A stretch of DNA of 64,000 bases, taken from the NCBI RefSeq assembly GCF_963506605.1, contig NC_083285.1, positions 40,176,001-40,240,000 of the forward strand. Reading direction: 5' to 3'. This DNA comes from Zootoca vivipara. Lineage: Eukaryota. Position 1 is the first letter of the stretch, and each line of letters opens with the position of its first letter. The translations under genes were made by a program, and so were the position numbers. Positions 13,801 through 24,797 of the stretch are shown one piece after another. The notes under the pieces were generated by a model. That model did not search any database. It saw only the letters and a list, made by a program, of their open reading frames with translations, and was not told the origin of the DNA.

Positions 13801-15601
13801 AGCAAGGCTAGAGGTGATCTAATATATTTTTGAACCATGAAGAAAAAAGGTGGCAGGTGTGTAGATAGAGGTATTCAATGCATGCAGTTTTCTCTCCTTC
13901 TCCCCCATTTTTAACAGCCTGGGCCCACATCAAACAACTTCCAGACACATCGCCTGAAAGTTGCAGGGATGGGAGGACAACCTAAAATCCATCTTCTCTC
14001 CAAACCTGAATATTCACAAGAAGAGAAGCACTAGTTTGTACAAAATGTAATAGAAAAGAAAACCATATTTACAAATGAAATGAATGCCTTCTCAACTGCT
14101 CTTGTCAGAGGGTTCACTCCATGTTCTGCAGACTGCTAAGCAAGCATTGTTTTCTTTGCAGGAGAAAGAAGAGAGGAACAAAAAGGCGTTCTACTCCTCC
14201 AACCATAGAGAGGGCGTCCCTCCTTCCATAACTTGCTTAGTAAATCCAGAGGAGGTGGGGGAATCCCATTTCACAAAATGTTCAGGCCCTTCCTCCTGGC
14301 CTCTGCCTACCAAAAAAAACAAGGCCTTCTGTTGGCTTAAATGCAAGAAAGGTATTAAGATAAAGCCAAGTAGGGTATGGTTGGAAGGATACAAGAGAGG
14401 AGAATCAGCTGCAGGAAATGTGGCTCGAAAAAGAATGGCTGCTTCCAAAGCTCAGGGCCTGTGCCTGTCCATGCGTTCAGTTCTACTGCAATGTGCCCAA
14501 GATAGCCGAAGAGCACTTTTCACAGTCCTTTCCAGTTAGGAAAGCAGAACAACAGACCCATGAAAAAGTGAGGTGCTTTGCCACATTTTTGGGAAGCAAC
14601 AACGGACCTGTTGCCCTTACCTGAGGGTTCCTGCTGTAAACGAAACAATATCGCTTCTAACAAGTGTCTCATTTTAACTTGCATTTACAGTTATTCCTCC
14701 TTGGTAGCCAAACTGCTGTTATCAGTATCATATGCACTGAGGACAGGGCCAGAACAATTCTCAAGATGCTGATACCGCTTTTGCACTTTTGAACCTGCCG
14801 GTCCCCTTCACAACAATATTCCCCACATCTTCCCAACTCTGCTCTCCAGTCGTCACCACAGCATCTGTAGGATCTGATGATTCATCTCCTCATGCCCTGT
14901 GGAAGACAAGCTGTGTATTTCCACAACACTATAATTATCAAATATAAGAATATATTCAATAAATACACATATACACATGTCTGAGTTGTGCTGGCCCTAT
15001 TCCCACCACCACCAACGCCGCCTTCTTCCCCTTTCTATACACCATCAGCAGAGAAAGCCTTTCCATATTCCTCTTGCTTGTGTTGCATGAAATGCTAGAG
15101 GAGGGAGAAATGGCTGAGCCTTCTCCCTGCCAGATTAAATTCATCAGAACAACAGTGGAGCTTGAGTTGCCAGCCCTGCTCTTCTTTTCATTCACTGCCC
15201 TTTATGTTCCCTTGCACTGGAAAGGTTTGCTTTGCTGGGTTTGTCTACTAAATATCGTAGCAATAAGAAACTCATGTTGTTACAACGTATCAATTAATTT
15301 TCACATTTAAGCTTGTGCATAAACCAACCCATATTTGATATTTCACCATTTCAAAATTAACAAGTTGTTCATGAGTAGCACAAAACCTGCAACAAAACCT
15401 CCCCTGGGACCCCAACATTTGAATTTTCCCAAGACTTTTGCTGAAAGTTTCACTGGCGTTTGCTTTTATCATTCCAATTCATCTTTCAGAACTGACCTCA
15501 CTGGGTTACTGTTGACTGGACTACTGGCTAGATCTGCATACATATCAAACCTCCCCTCCCCCTGGTAAATATACCAAGATTTCAATACATTTTTATCTTC
15601 A

Positions 15602-15604
<3 letters not shown>

Positions 15605-15643
<39 letters not shown>

Positions 15644-15651
15644 GTATATAT
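15605..15651. repeat. (TA)n microsatellite
   Basis: Seen directly. Confidence 0.97.
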
Positions 15652-15716
15652 GCAACTCCATATTTCAGCCTTTAACCCACAGAGTCTTCATAAAAGAACT
15701 GAATGATTTTTTTGCA

Positions 15717-15722
15717 TTTAAT
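15717..15722 (-). terminator. Candidate proximal poly(A) signal ATTAAA
   Basis: Minus strand reads GCATTTTATGTTGATTAAATGCAAAAAAA, about 530 nt after the stop. Confidence 0.35.
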
Positions 15723-16247
15723 CAACATAAAATGCATTAAGTTGATCCCACACTATTCACGTCCCATCAATTTTGCTTAAAAGTACATATGCAAGAAGAC
15801 CTGTATCTTCTTCATGCCCATTCTATCTCTTCCATTCTCCGCCTCAGGCCACCTTCTCGTATCTGTACTAACCATCACAGTTTGGTGCCGAGAAAACCCC
15901 AAACTCTGCGGCTATTGCTCCCACTCGTATGCTGTCCCCTCCTCAACCATGCCTTTGCCTTTCCCAACTGTGAAAACACAAGCTAAGCTACTAAGCTCTG
16001 ACATGTGATGGCCAGGAAATGGAACTGTGAGTGGAGAAATGAAAAGAGATCATCGGGGATGGGGGATCTGGGGAAAGAAAGAGGTGGCACTTCGCATTAG
16101 CGCTGCCTAAGCAGAACTCCAATGCTCCACAAAGAAAAAAAGAGTAGCAGAAGAGTAGCAAATGGGAACTAGGTCTGAACCCACCACCTGCCCCTCCCAC
16201 ACGTTGCATTTCCAGCACCATCCCCTCCCATGCTTTTTCCCCATCAC

Positions 16248-18146
16248 TCAGACATCAGACTCAATACTGGAAAGTTTCTCATAAACNNNNNNNNNNNNNN
16301 NNNNNNNNNNNNNNNNNNNNNNNNNNNNNNNNNNNNNNNNNNNNNNNNNNNNNNNNNNNNNNNNNNNNNNNNNNNNNNNNNNNNNNNNNNNNNNNNNNNN
16401 NNNNNNNNNNNNNNNNNNNNNNNNNNNNNNNNNNNNNNNNNNGAAGTCTGGCCTGGCCTTGGGCCCTCCTGCCACCACAGGCTGCCTGAAGAAATAGGAT
16501 TTGCTGCCGTGGAGCAAGCACTGGTCATCCCCAAAAGTGGGGATGAAAGGGTTTTGAGTGACCCGGTCGGGGTAGAGCGACTTGCTGAGCATATAACCAC
16601 CACTAATGCCAGGATTGTTGTGGTGATGGTGGCTGGTGGCGGGCACTGAGGACTTGTTGTTGGCAAAAGTGGACTCGCTGGCTGGCATCTCAAACATGTG
16701 GGCATAGGGGCTTCCCTCCAAAAAGCGGCCCTTGTCCTTCAGGCTGACGCTGCGGGGGGCCAGGGCGGCGTCTTCCTTCTGCAGATCCACAAAGGTGTCG
16801 TAGGAGTGCTGCCGGCGGAGCTTGTTGCGATTCTTCTTCTGCACCTTGGAGGCAGAGTTGGAAGGGCTCTGAGGATACTTGGTAGTGGAGGTGCTGGTTA
16901 CCACGGGCACAGGAGCAGATGGCTGATCCAGCTCTTGGAGGGAGTTGTCCTCACTGATGTCGTAGAGGTTTCCGGCCTTCTTGCAGGCTTCACACCGGAT
17001 GCATGGCTGGCGGGTGGAGTTCTGCCCCACCACAGTCGGAGTGTAGTTATGCAGCTTCGATGGGCAACTGCGGCAATAGTTAGCGCCAGGGCGTTCCTCC
17101 CAATCAAGATTGGTGAGGTTTTTCTCCCATGGTGCTGGTACCCCACTCACAACACTGTGCTTGTGCTCATTGTTTGCTCCAAACTCCCCCGACCCATGTT
17201 TGTGGTGGGTCCTGTTAGTACATGTCCCTGCTCCCCCTATAGTGTCACGCTTGAAGTCATCTCCCCGCTCTTTATAAATATCCGTCAGATCCACATGTTC
17301 CCAGTGCGGTGAGTTCTCCTTAGCCCGAAACTGGTCTAAATAGAAATCCCGTAGCCCTTCCTTGTCCCTAAAGTAGCGCTTGTGGTCAGGGGAACGGGGA
17401 CGCCGGCGATAGGCCAGTTCAATCTCATCAAACTCTCTCCGTGACTTGGCCGAGGCTGGCCGCTTCTTTAGACTATCTTTATACTGCTGTTTTCGCCGCT
17501 TTGCGGCGTTGCCCTCAATGTTGCCATAAGTCACGGTATGAGTCGATATGTCCGAGACATCTGAACGGATCAAATCATCATGTGCCCCTCCACCACTGTA
17601 TCGGTCACCCTTGAAAGACAACTTGCCATAGAGGTCACCTAACTGGCTATGTTTGGCCGGCGGCAAACCGATATCTAATGGCTTCTTACTGAGAGATCGA
17701 GGCTGTGCGGAGAAGGGTGGATTATCACAGTCATATAGTCCATCGATGGAGCTGGTGCTCCCTATGCTATGGGGGCGATGGTGGTGATGATAATGGTCTT
17801 GGTAAACATTGCTTTCTTTCAGCTGCAGATTACCAAAGGTCCTTTCCACCTCACTAATATAATCACTGAAGAGGTTTTCCTCGCAGGGGGGGTTGTTATA
17901 AGACTTGCAGTCGGAGTGAGTAAAGCTACGGCGGTGCTCAGAAATATCGTAGACAGAGGATTCGCGACGGATAAAATCCAGGGCACTTTGTGGTGAGCCA
18001 TTGACACCTGAAAGGTTTGCCATGTTCTTTGCTGTTCGGAGCAGGCGCAAAATGTTGGAATGGGTATTGTTCATGGTGGCAGTGGGGGAGTTCATGGAAG
18101 AATGGCGGTCCTCGATAGCCACTCCATGGATGCAGCTGTAAATACC
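16248..18146 (-). CDS. GRIN2B: GluN2B terminal exon, coding part (cytoplasmic CTD), interrupted by a 156-N run
   Basis: ttgcag|GGTATT; GIYSCIHG... Includes Cys cluster CRSC...CIRCEAC, CaMKII site LRRQHSYD, endocytic YEKL and PDZ ligand ESDV; TGA at 16248-16250. Confidence 0.98.
   Translation of the reverse strand, partial: GIYSCIHGVAIEDRHSSMNSPTATMNNTHSNILRLLRTAKNMANLSGVNGSPQSALDFIRRESSVYDISEHRRSFTHSDCKSYNNPPCEENLFSDYISEVERTFGNLQLKESNVYQDHYHHHHRPHSIGSTSSIDGLYDCDNPPFSAQPRSLSKKPLDIGLPPAKHSQLGDLYGKLSFKGDRYSGGGAHDDLIRSDVSDISTHTVTYGNIEGNAAKRRKQQYKDSLKKRPASAKSRREFDEIELAYRRRPRSPDHKRYFRDKEGLRDFYLDQFRAKENSPHWEHVDLTDIYKERGDDFKRDTIGGAGTCTNRTHHKHGSGEFGANNEHKHSVVSGVPAPWEKNLTNLDWEERPGANYCRSCPSKLHNYTPTVVGQNSTRQPCIRCEACKKAGNLYDISEDNSLQELDQPSAPVPVVTSTSTTKYPQSPSNSASKVQKKNRNKLRRQHSYDTFVDLQKEDAALAPRSVSLKDKGRFLEGSPYAHMFEMPASESTFANNKSSVPATSHHHHNNPGISGGYMLSKSLYPDRVTQNPFIPTFGDDQCLLHGSKSYFFRQPVVAGGPKARPDFXXXXXXXXXXXXXXXXXXXXXXXXXXXXXXXXXXXXXXXXXXXXXXXXXXXXVYEKLSSIESDV
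16287..16442. other. Sequence gap or mask, 156 N, inside the GRIN2B CDS
   Basis: N-run; the reading frame is preserved across it. Confidence 0.99.
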
Positions 18147-19379
18147 CTGCAATTGGGGAAAGCAAAGGCAGGTTAGCAGGGGAGCATTCCAGCAGGGGAG
18201 CTGCAGAGCTTGGAGGACTGAGACAAAGAACCTTGTCCTTTGCTAAATAGGATCCTCAGTGGGATATCGTTGGGAGATAAGACAATCTAGACACTATCAT
18301 AATGGTTCTTCCACTTTTAATCTTCCTCCACCTTTGCTCCTCTATCCCTTGCCCTTTCATTATTAAATTGAAATAAATCTAGAAATTTATTCAGACCTTT
18401 ATTGAAGTGGTTTGTTTGTTTTTAGACATGCTTGCAGATGTTTCTTACAGATCAGATGCTCAGGAGTGCTGTGGCCAGGAATACTGTTTAAGCTGCAGGA
18501 CTTGATCACTGTTTTCCAATGACCTGTAAGCACTTCAGATAGTTTGTAATCATGCACATGAGATTATTCTGAATCTCCAACTACTGCAGATAGGCCATTA
18601 GACAAGCCTTTGATCCACAGCAGTTGTTTACATTTAGTTTCTAGGCATGATTCAAGGTGATACTTCTTACTTAGAATACCCTAAAAAGCCCAACTCCTTC
18701 CTTTGCAAATATTCTTTAGTTTACAAATCTTGGAAACAGGTCTGAGGAAACATATAACCAGTCAGAAATTTGAGACTGCCAGGGCATGACTTTTAGAGGT
18801 ACAGCATATTGGTTCACTTGGCACAGTTTCCTGACCCTCTGCATAGCCTTTAGTCATTGTTATTCATCTTGATCACAGACTCTGACCCACAATTGCGGTA
18901 TGAGTTACAGCTCTTTCTCCCTAGTCCTGATAAAGAATTGTATAAATTAGGAAGTTATACAAAATAGATTTTCCCAACCAGAATAATGCTGTCTTAATAC
19001 TTTGTCTGAGTTTGACTTTTCTGGTCAAAGAATCCCGCATTTTAAAATCATCCTAAAAATGAATCAGAGTTTTACAATCAAGAGCCTAGTCTAGTAAGCA
19101 AAGAGAGTAATGAAGGGGGGGGGGAATCCACATTTTAACAATGAACATTTACATTGTCACTTCCAAATCATCTTTAATCCTGGGAAGACTCAAACTGATG
19201 AATTTACTAGGTGAAAGGCAGCTTATGCAGGAGCATCTAATTCCTTAGTGCAGCATCACACAATGTAATAATATTGGGTGGGATCTGTCAATGCAGCCTT
19301 GTGCAGTTCATAATCTCTAACTGAACAGAGAAATGAGCTTTCTTGTATGTTTTCCACAGCTCACAAATTGGAGTGATAA

Positions 19380-19700
19380 CCAGTAGCAGGGCCTTCTTAC
19401 AGGTGGTGGCCTGGCTATGGAATGCCACACACACACCCCAGAAGTTCTGCTTGCTCCTTCATTGTTTAGTTTTTGCCAGTTTGAAGACTCATCTCTTTCT
19501 GCAAGCATTTGGAAATAACTGGATTTATCAGGCTCTGATCTAATGATAGCTGCTGTTTTAATGTTTTTAATGTAGTAATCTAATTGCGTGTTTGTGAGTG
19601 TGAGTGAGTGAGACTATTTGTTGTGTAGATATTGTATGCTGCCCTGAGATTGTTACTGCTGAAGGGGGGGGATAAAAAAATCTACTAAATAAATAATAAT
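19380..19700 (+). mobile_element. Old L2-type LINE 3' end
   Basis: gcagggccttct...gtggtggc...ctatggaatgcc matches the young L2 3' ORF end seen at 50960-51005; ends in an (AAAT/AAT)-rich tail. Confidence 0.5.
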
Positions 19701-20252
19701 ATTTGAAATAATGAAAGGGAAAGAATTTTTGAATTCAAGGAAATTCATACAGAAATTATTTGCTAGAGAGAAAGTTTTTGATCCAAGTGTCCTTTGTTTC
19801 CATCAGTAAAATCTGCTCAGAAACATGGAGGGGGGAGTTACCTAAAAGTCAGAGTTCTACATAATTTTCTGCTCCAAAGAAACCCCTCTTCTTGTTTTGA
19901 GTCTTTCGTTATGCTTCTCCAAGACATTTACTCTGAAGCAAAGCTGAAATAGTGGCCACTCCCCCAGCCCTGAACCAACACTTGAAAAAGTCTTGCTTTA
20001 CCATTCAGAGACCAGGTCCTGCCTTCATCCAAGCACCTCTTATAGTGCTGCTTGAAACAGGTGGCTTCCGCCTGCTGCATGGCAAGGATGCTCTTGTTCT
20101 TTCAGATAAATTACCAAGAATTACAGAAAACCTATTCACACCTTGTTAAAGAAGTGGCTGAGGCCACGCTCCCAAGAATTTGGATTCTCCCAACCTTTCA
20201 AAGTTCCATTTTCTTTTCCTAGATTTTCTCTCTCAAGGCCAAATGCTTCTTA

Positions 20253-20696
<444 letters not shown>

Positions 20697-20750
20697 TTAA
20701 GTGCAGCTTTCCCTCTCACGAGCTACTATTTAGAAAGGAAAGATCCTCCC

Positions 20751-20888
20751 CAAGGCTTGTTTTTCAGCTGGAACTCAATGGAGCTCAGTTCCAGCACCTC
20801 TCTGGTGGGCGCCATTGCCATTCTAAGAGAACAAGGGAGGCATTCATGGTGAGTTCCGGCACCTCTTTTTCTAGAAAAATAGAACTGA
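20751..20888. mobile_element. Short hAT-like MITE in intron 11
   Basis: Imperfect TIRs caaggcttgtttttc / gaaaaatagaactg; approximate 8-bp TSD atcctccc / accctcca. Confidence 0.55.
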
Positions 20889-21012
20889 CCCTCCAGTCCT
20901 CAAATTTCATTTCCACTTATGTTGGATTCACCTAGCCTGAAAACTATACTGGGGCAGTGGGGTGGTGGGTCCACATATGAACTTATTTTTAATAAGTAGA
21001 ATAGCCACTATA

Positions 21013-21381
21013 CAGGTGAAACTCGGAAAATTAGAATATCGTCGAAAAGTGCATTTATTTCAGTAATGCAACTTAAAAGGTGAAACCAATATATGAGATA
21101 GATGCATGACATGCAAAGCAAGATATGTCAAGCCTTTATTTTTGGCAATTGTAATTATTTGTCGTTAGGCGGGTCGATTATAAATGGAATGTAATTAATG
21201 AAATGTAACAGTGATGTATATTTTTGTTTATTTTTGTATTATTGTAACTATTTGTTTTATTACTGTGGAATTTCCCAAAGAAAGCATTTGTAAAAATTAA
21301 AAGAAAAAGAAAAAATAATAAGTTGCATTACTAAAATAAATGCACTTTTTGACAATATTCTAATTTTCCGAGTTTCACCTG
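21013..21381. mobile_element. Tc1/mariner-type MITE, 369 bp
   Basis: About 63-bp TIRs (caggtgaaactcggaaaattagaatat... / ...atattctaattttccgagtttcacctg) flanked by TA on both sides. Confidence 0.92.
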
Positions 21382-21437
21382 TACATCAGAAGTTCATAGT
21401 ACGGGTGAATAACAAAAAAGATAGCATTGCTGCTGGC

Positions 21438-21481
<44 letters not shown>
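21438..21481. repeat. (TTG)n microsatellite
   Basis: Seen directly. Confidence 0.97.
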
Positions 21482-21482
<1 letters not shown>

Positions 21483-21550
21483 TAGCATTAGTGGCAGGAT
21501 ATAATAGCTTCACTCAATGGAGACGCACTCCTAGTTCCTCATCCAGATCA

Positions 21551-21799
<249 letters not shown>

Positions 21800-21967
21800 C
21801 TAAATCATTATGCGATGCTGAAGAAAGTTGAGAACTCTCATGTGACCTCAGGTAACCAAACACAGAGGAAGCTAGGCTGAACAATTGCTCGGGCACAATC
21901 AACATTGAGATGAGGGCAGGTTGTAGCATGACCACACAAATCTGCAGCATCTTCCAATGGATCTAAA

Positions 21968-23182
21968 CAGGGTGCTAAACTGTAGCTCTCCAGGCTGCCG
22001 GTTTGTCTGCGGAGGAAAATGGCGGCGCGGAGCATATCGTCCAATTAAGAGACGACTGTTACCGGGCATTTTGGGTGACAGGGGTGAATTTCAGGGTTAG
22101 GCACCTCCCTTAAAAAGCCCCATGGAAGAGTGGGGTCTTTCATATTCAGTTTCCAAATTCCAAAAGGAAGTGATAGAAGAAAATTCGAAAGTATTTAAAA
22201 AAGGCATATAATATCCTTTTGGAGTGGGAAACTAAAGATGAAGAAGTAAAATCGGTAATGATTAAATGGGCACAAGATATAGGTCACAATATACAATTTG
22301 AAGATCGGATAAAATTGTGGAAAATAAATTTGAAATTTATGGATTGTATATTGTTGAGAGAGAATTATATGAAGATGATGTGTAGATGGTATATATCACC
22401 GGTTAAACTGGCAAAAATCTATAAAAATGAAAAGAAAGAGTGTTGGAGGTGTGAGGCTGAAGGTACCTTTTATGTGGTGGGGATGTAAAAATGTAAAACT
22501 GTATTGGGAAATGATATATAATGAACTGAAGAAAATGTTGAAAATAACATTTGTGAAACAACCTGTTAGGTATTTTAGGTCAAGATTTGCCGAAAGAGAA
22601 CAGGACACTATTTATGTATGCTACTATGGCGGTGAGAATTTTGATAGCACAAAAGTGGAAGACTGGAGAAATTCCAACTAAAGAACAATGGCAAGAGAAA
22701 TTGATGCACAACTATACAGAACTGGCAAAATTGACAGACAGACTTTGAGAAAAAGACAACAGTGGCTTTGAAAAAGAGTGGGAACCATTTATAACATACT
22801 TGCAGAAACAAAGGAAGAATATTGATTTGATGGCAGGATTTAAATAAACATTCACATCTTTATTAATAAAGAACATTTAAAACAATATAAGAAATGATAT
22901 AGCAGACTTTAAGAAACAGCAGTGTGTAACAAGAGGGAAACAAACCAGAAGTGGAAGTTGGGGGAAGCCCAGGAGGGGATGTAACATAAATGTTATTGAT
23001 ATGAGATGTGTGTAATGATAGAAAAAGAAAAGTGAATAAAAATTTAATAAAAATAAATAAATAAACTGTAGCTCTCCAGACATTGGTGAATTGCAGCTCC
23101 CATTAGGCGAAGTCAGTATGGCCAATGGTCAGAGATGATGGGAGTCTAGCAACATTTGGAGGGCCACAACTTAGTTAACCTT
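21968..23182. mobile_element. Palindromic hAT-type MITE split by the L1 insertion
   Basis: cagggtgctaaactgtagctctccag|acattggtg...catttggagggccacaac; same family as intact copies at about 36387-36523, 40844-40974 and 25289-25427. Confidence 0.7.
21994..23061 (+). mobile_element. L1-clade LINE insertion: CpG-rich head, ORF2 C-terminus, 3' UTR and A-rich tail
   Basis: 18-bp TSD taaactgtagctctccag (21976-21993 and 23062-23079); frameshifted ORF2 with CWRC...GTF...WWGC zinc-knuckle remnant; aataaa and (AAAT)n tail. Confidence 0.9.
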
Positions 23183-23910
23183 GATTTAAAGATGCCTATG
23201 CAGCCCATTTCATTTATGACTGAACGACGCTTTCTTCTTCAGCTTGTGAATTCAGCAGCATTCCTACCACAACTATGTCGTGAATTAAGAAAGCAAAGCA
23301 GACCATTTTCCCAACCAAACAGCTGGAAAGATAGTATTAACCAAAATGTAATTACTCAAATTAGCTTCAGCCAGGACCCCTGCCTATGGGAAGAATCCCA
23401 TGGGCATCTCTGTGGGATACAGAACACGAGCTGAATCAATTGAATAGGGCTACCTGTGAGTTTACACAAGTATAGTGTTGTGTTTACTGTGGAAAAGATG
23501 CAGCCCTCATATAATAGTGGTTAGGATCCCCAACTTACTAATATTTTTATATAGCAATTAACATTAGGGATTAAGATAATATCATAGTTATTTCAATAAT
23601 AAAGAATTTTAAGTGATGTCTGGCCACAACTATTGCATTGCTGCTTAAGGCAATATTTCCACCAGCTAATCTGCTTTTCAGAAAGTCTGCATTGATGCAA
23701 GAAGGGAAGAATCATTCTTATATTACTTGCACATATCTAGCCAAAAAGAACAAAAAATAATAATAATGGATGAGATAAATTGTTCTTGACAACCTTGTGG
23801 TACATGGATTATATGCAACGTTTTAGCAGCAGGAATATTAGGGAGAAGGTTCTTCAAAATCCCAAGGTTTACATTAGCAACCTTATTATTTAGGGAAGAG
23901 GCAATCTCAC

Positions 23911-24071
23911 CCTGTCTTTAATGAGGATAGTGCGTCTCCCACCGATCTTTGGTTGAACTTCACCATGTAGGCGTGCATCAGTTCGTAATTGTTGCGAATG
24001 TTCCTCTCTGTACTGCCATTAGGAACTGTCCCAAAGCGGAAAGGTGGTGAGAAAGCATTTGGGTTTTGGAA
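23911..24071 (-). CDS. GRIN2B: GluN2B exon 10 equivalent (S2), 161 nt; absent from the ORF track
   Basis: ttctccag|TTCCAA ... ACAGG|gtgaga; [54 protein letters not shown]. Confidence 0.98.
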
Positions 24072-24647
24072 CTGGAGAAAAAGAGAGAAAGAAAAGCGCT
24101 CAAGTTGTTTTCTCAGTGGTTATTTGAGAGAGAACCAGATTTTCTGGGATATCAAGTTGGTAGGTATTTCAGAGCTTTAATGGCATGTTGGCAACCAGGC
24201 CACAGCATGCCATGCATAAGGACTGTAATCCAAGGAAGCTATACATGTTCATGATGCAGCAGCTTTACTTGATATTTTCACTGTAACACTTTATACTGCC
24301 AAAGAGACGAGAGACTGAATTTAAAAGCAGTACAGCGATTCCACTATCAAAACCAAAGCAGGGGAAACAGTGAAATCACCTGCTGCATTTGCAACCACAT
24401 ACAATGCATTTCAGTTGTAATATTTGTTTTAAAGCTGACACAGAACAAAATATTTCCCTAAATAGCAGAATATTTTCTACTACACTGTTGAAATTATCTT
24501 CAAATGTGATTGCCAATCCTGAGATGGCGGAGGGAATGACTAGCCATTTGTTAAAAAAATCTACACACAAAAGAACATTCTAACTTATAATAGTGGTGTG
24601 CCGATGAAGAGATACAGCTATGCAAGGAAAAGTAGGCTTAGACATCC

Positions 24648-24797
24648 TGGATAGCTCAGTTGCTTAGAGAGTATGATAATGCCAAGGTTGCAGGTTTGGT
24701 CCCCATATGGAACAGCTGTATATTCCTGCATTGCAAAGAGTTGGACTGAAATGATCCTCAAAGGTCCCTTCCAACTCTACAATTCTATGATTCTATG
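24648..24797 (+). mobile_element. SINE with tRNA head and CR1 tail
   Basis: A-box-like tagctcagttg and B-box-like ggtttggtccc; CR1 tail ggtcccttccaactctacaattctatgattctatg (tail also at 60538-60597, 38710-38765 minus, 37383-37436). Confidence 0.8.

Larger units (their letters stand above)
1..16247 (-). other. GRIN2B: Probable extended 3' UTR of GRIN2B (true end unknown; may run past the window edge)
   Basis: Directly follows the stop codon, has no credible exons and almost no young TEs, and has several candidate poly(A) hexamers. Mammalian Grin2b is known to have a very long neural 3' UTR. Confidence 0.55.

Noticed and set aside
14084-14539. 151-aa plus-strand ORF and other short ORFs in 1-16 kb
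   Set aside because: No recognisable domain, composition bias or splice structure; many begin at non-ATG codons.
16240-16250. Stop-codon readthrough
   Set aside because: The context TGA-G is not the leaky TGA-CTAG type, and an extension would bury the ESDV PDZ ligand.
16698-17312. 204-aa plus-strand ORF
   Set aside because: Antisense shadow of the GC-rich terminal GRIN2B exon.
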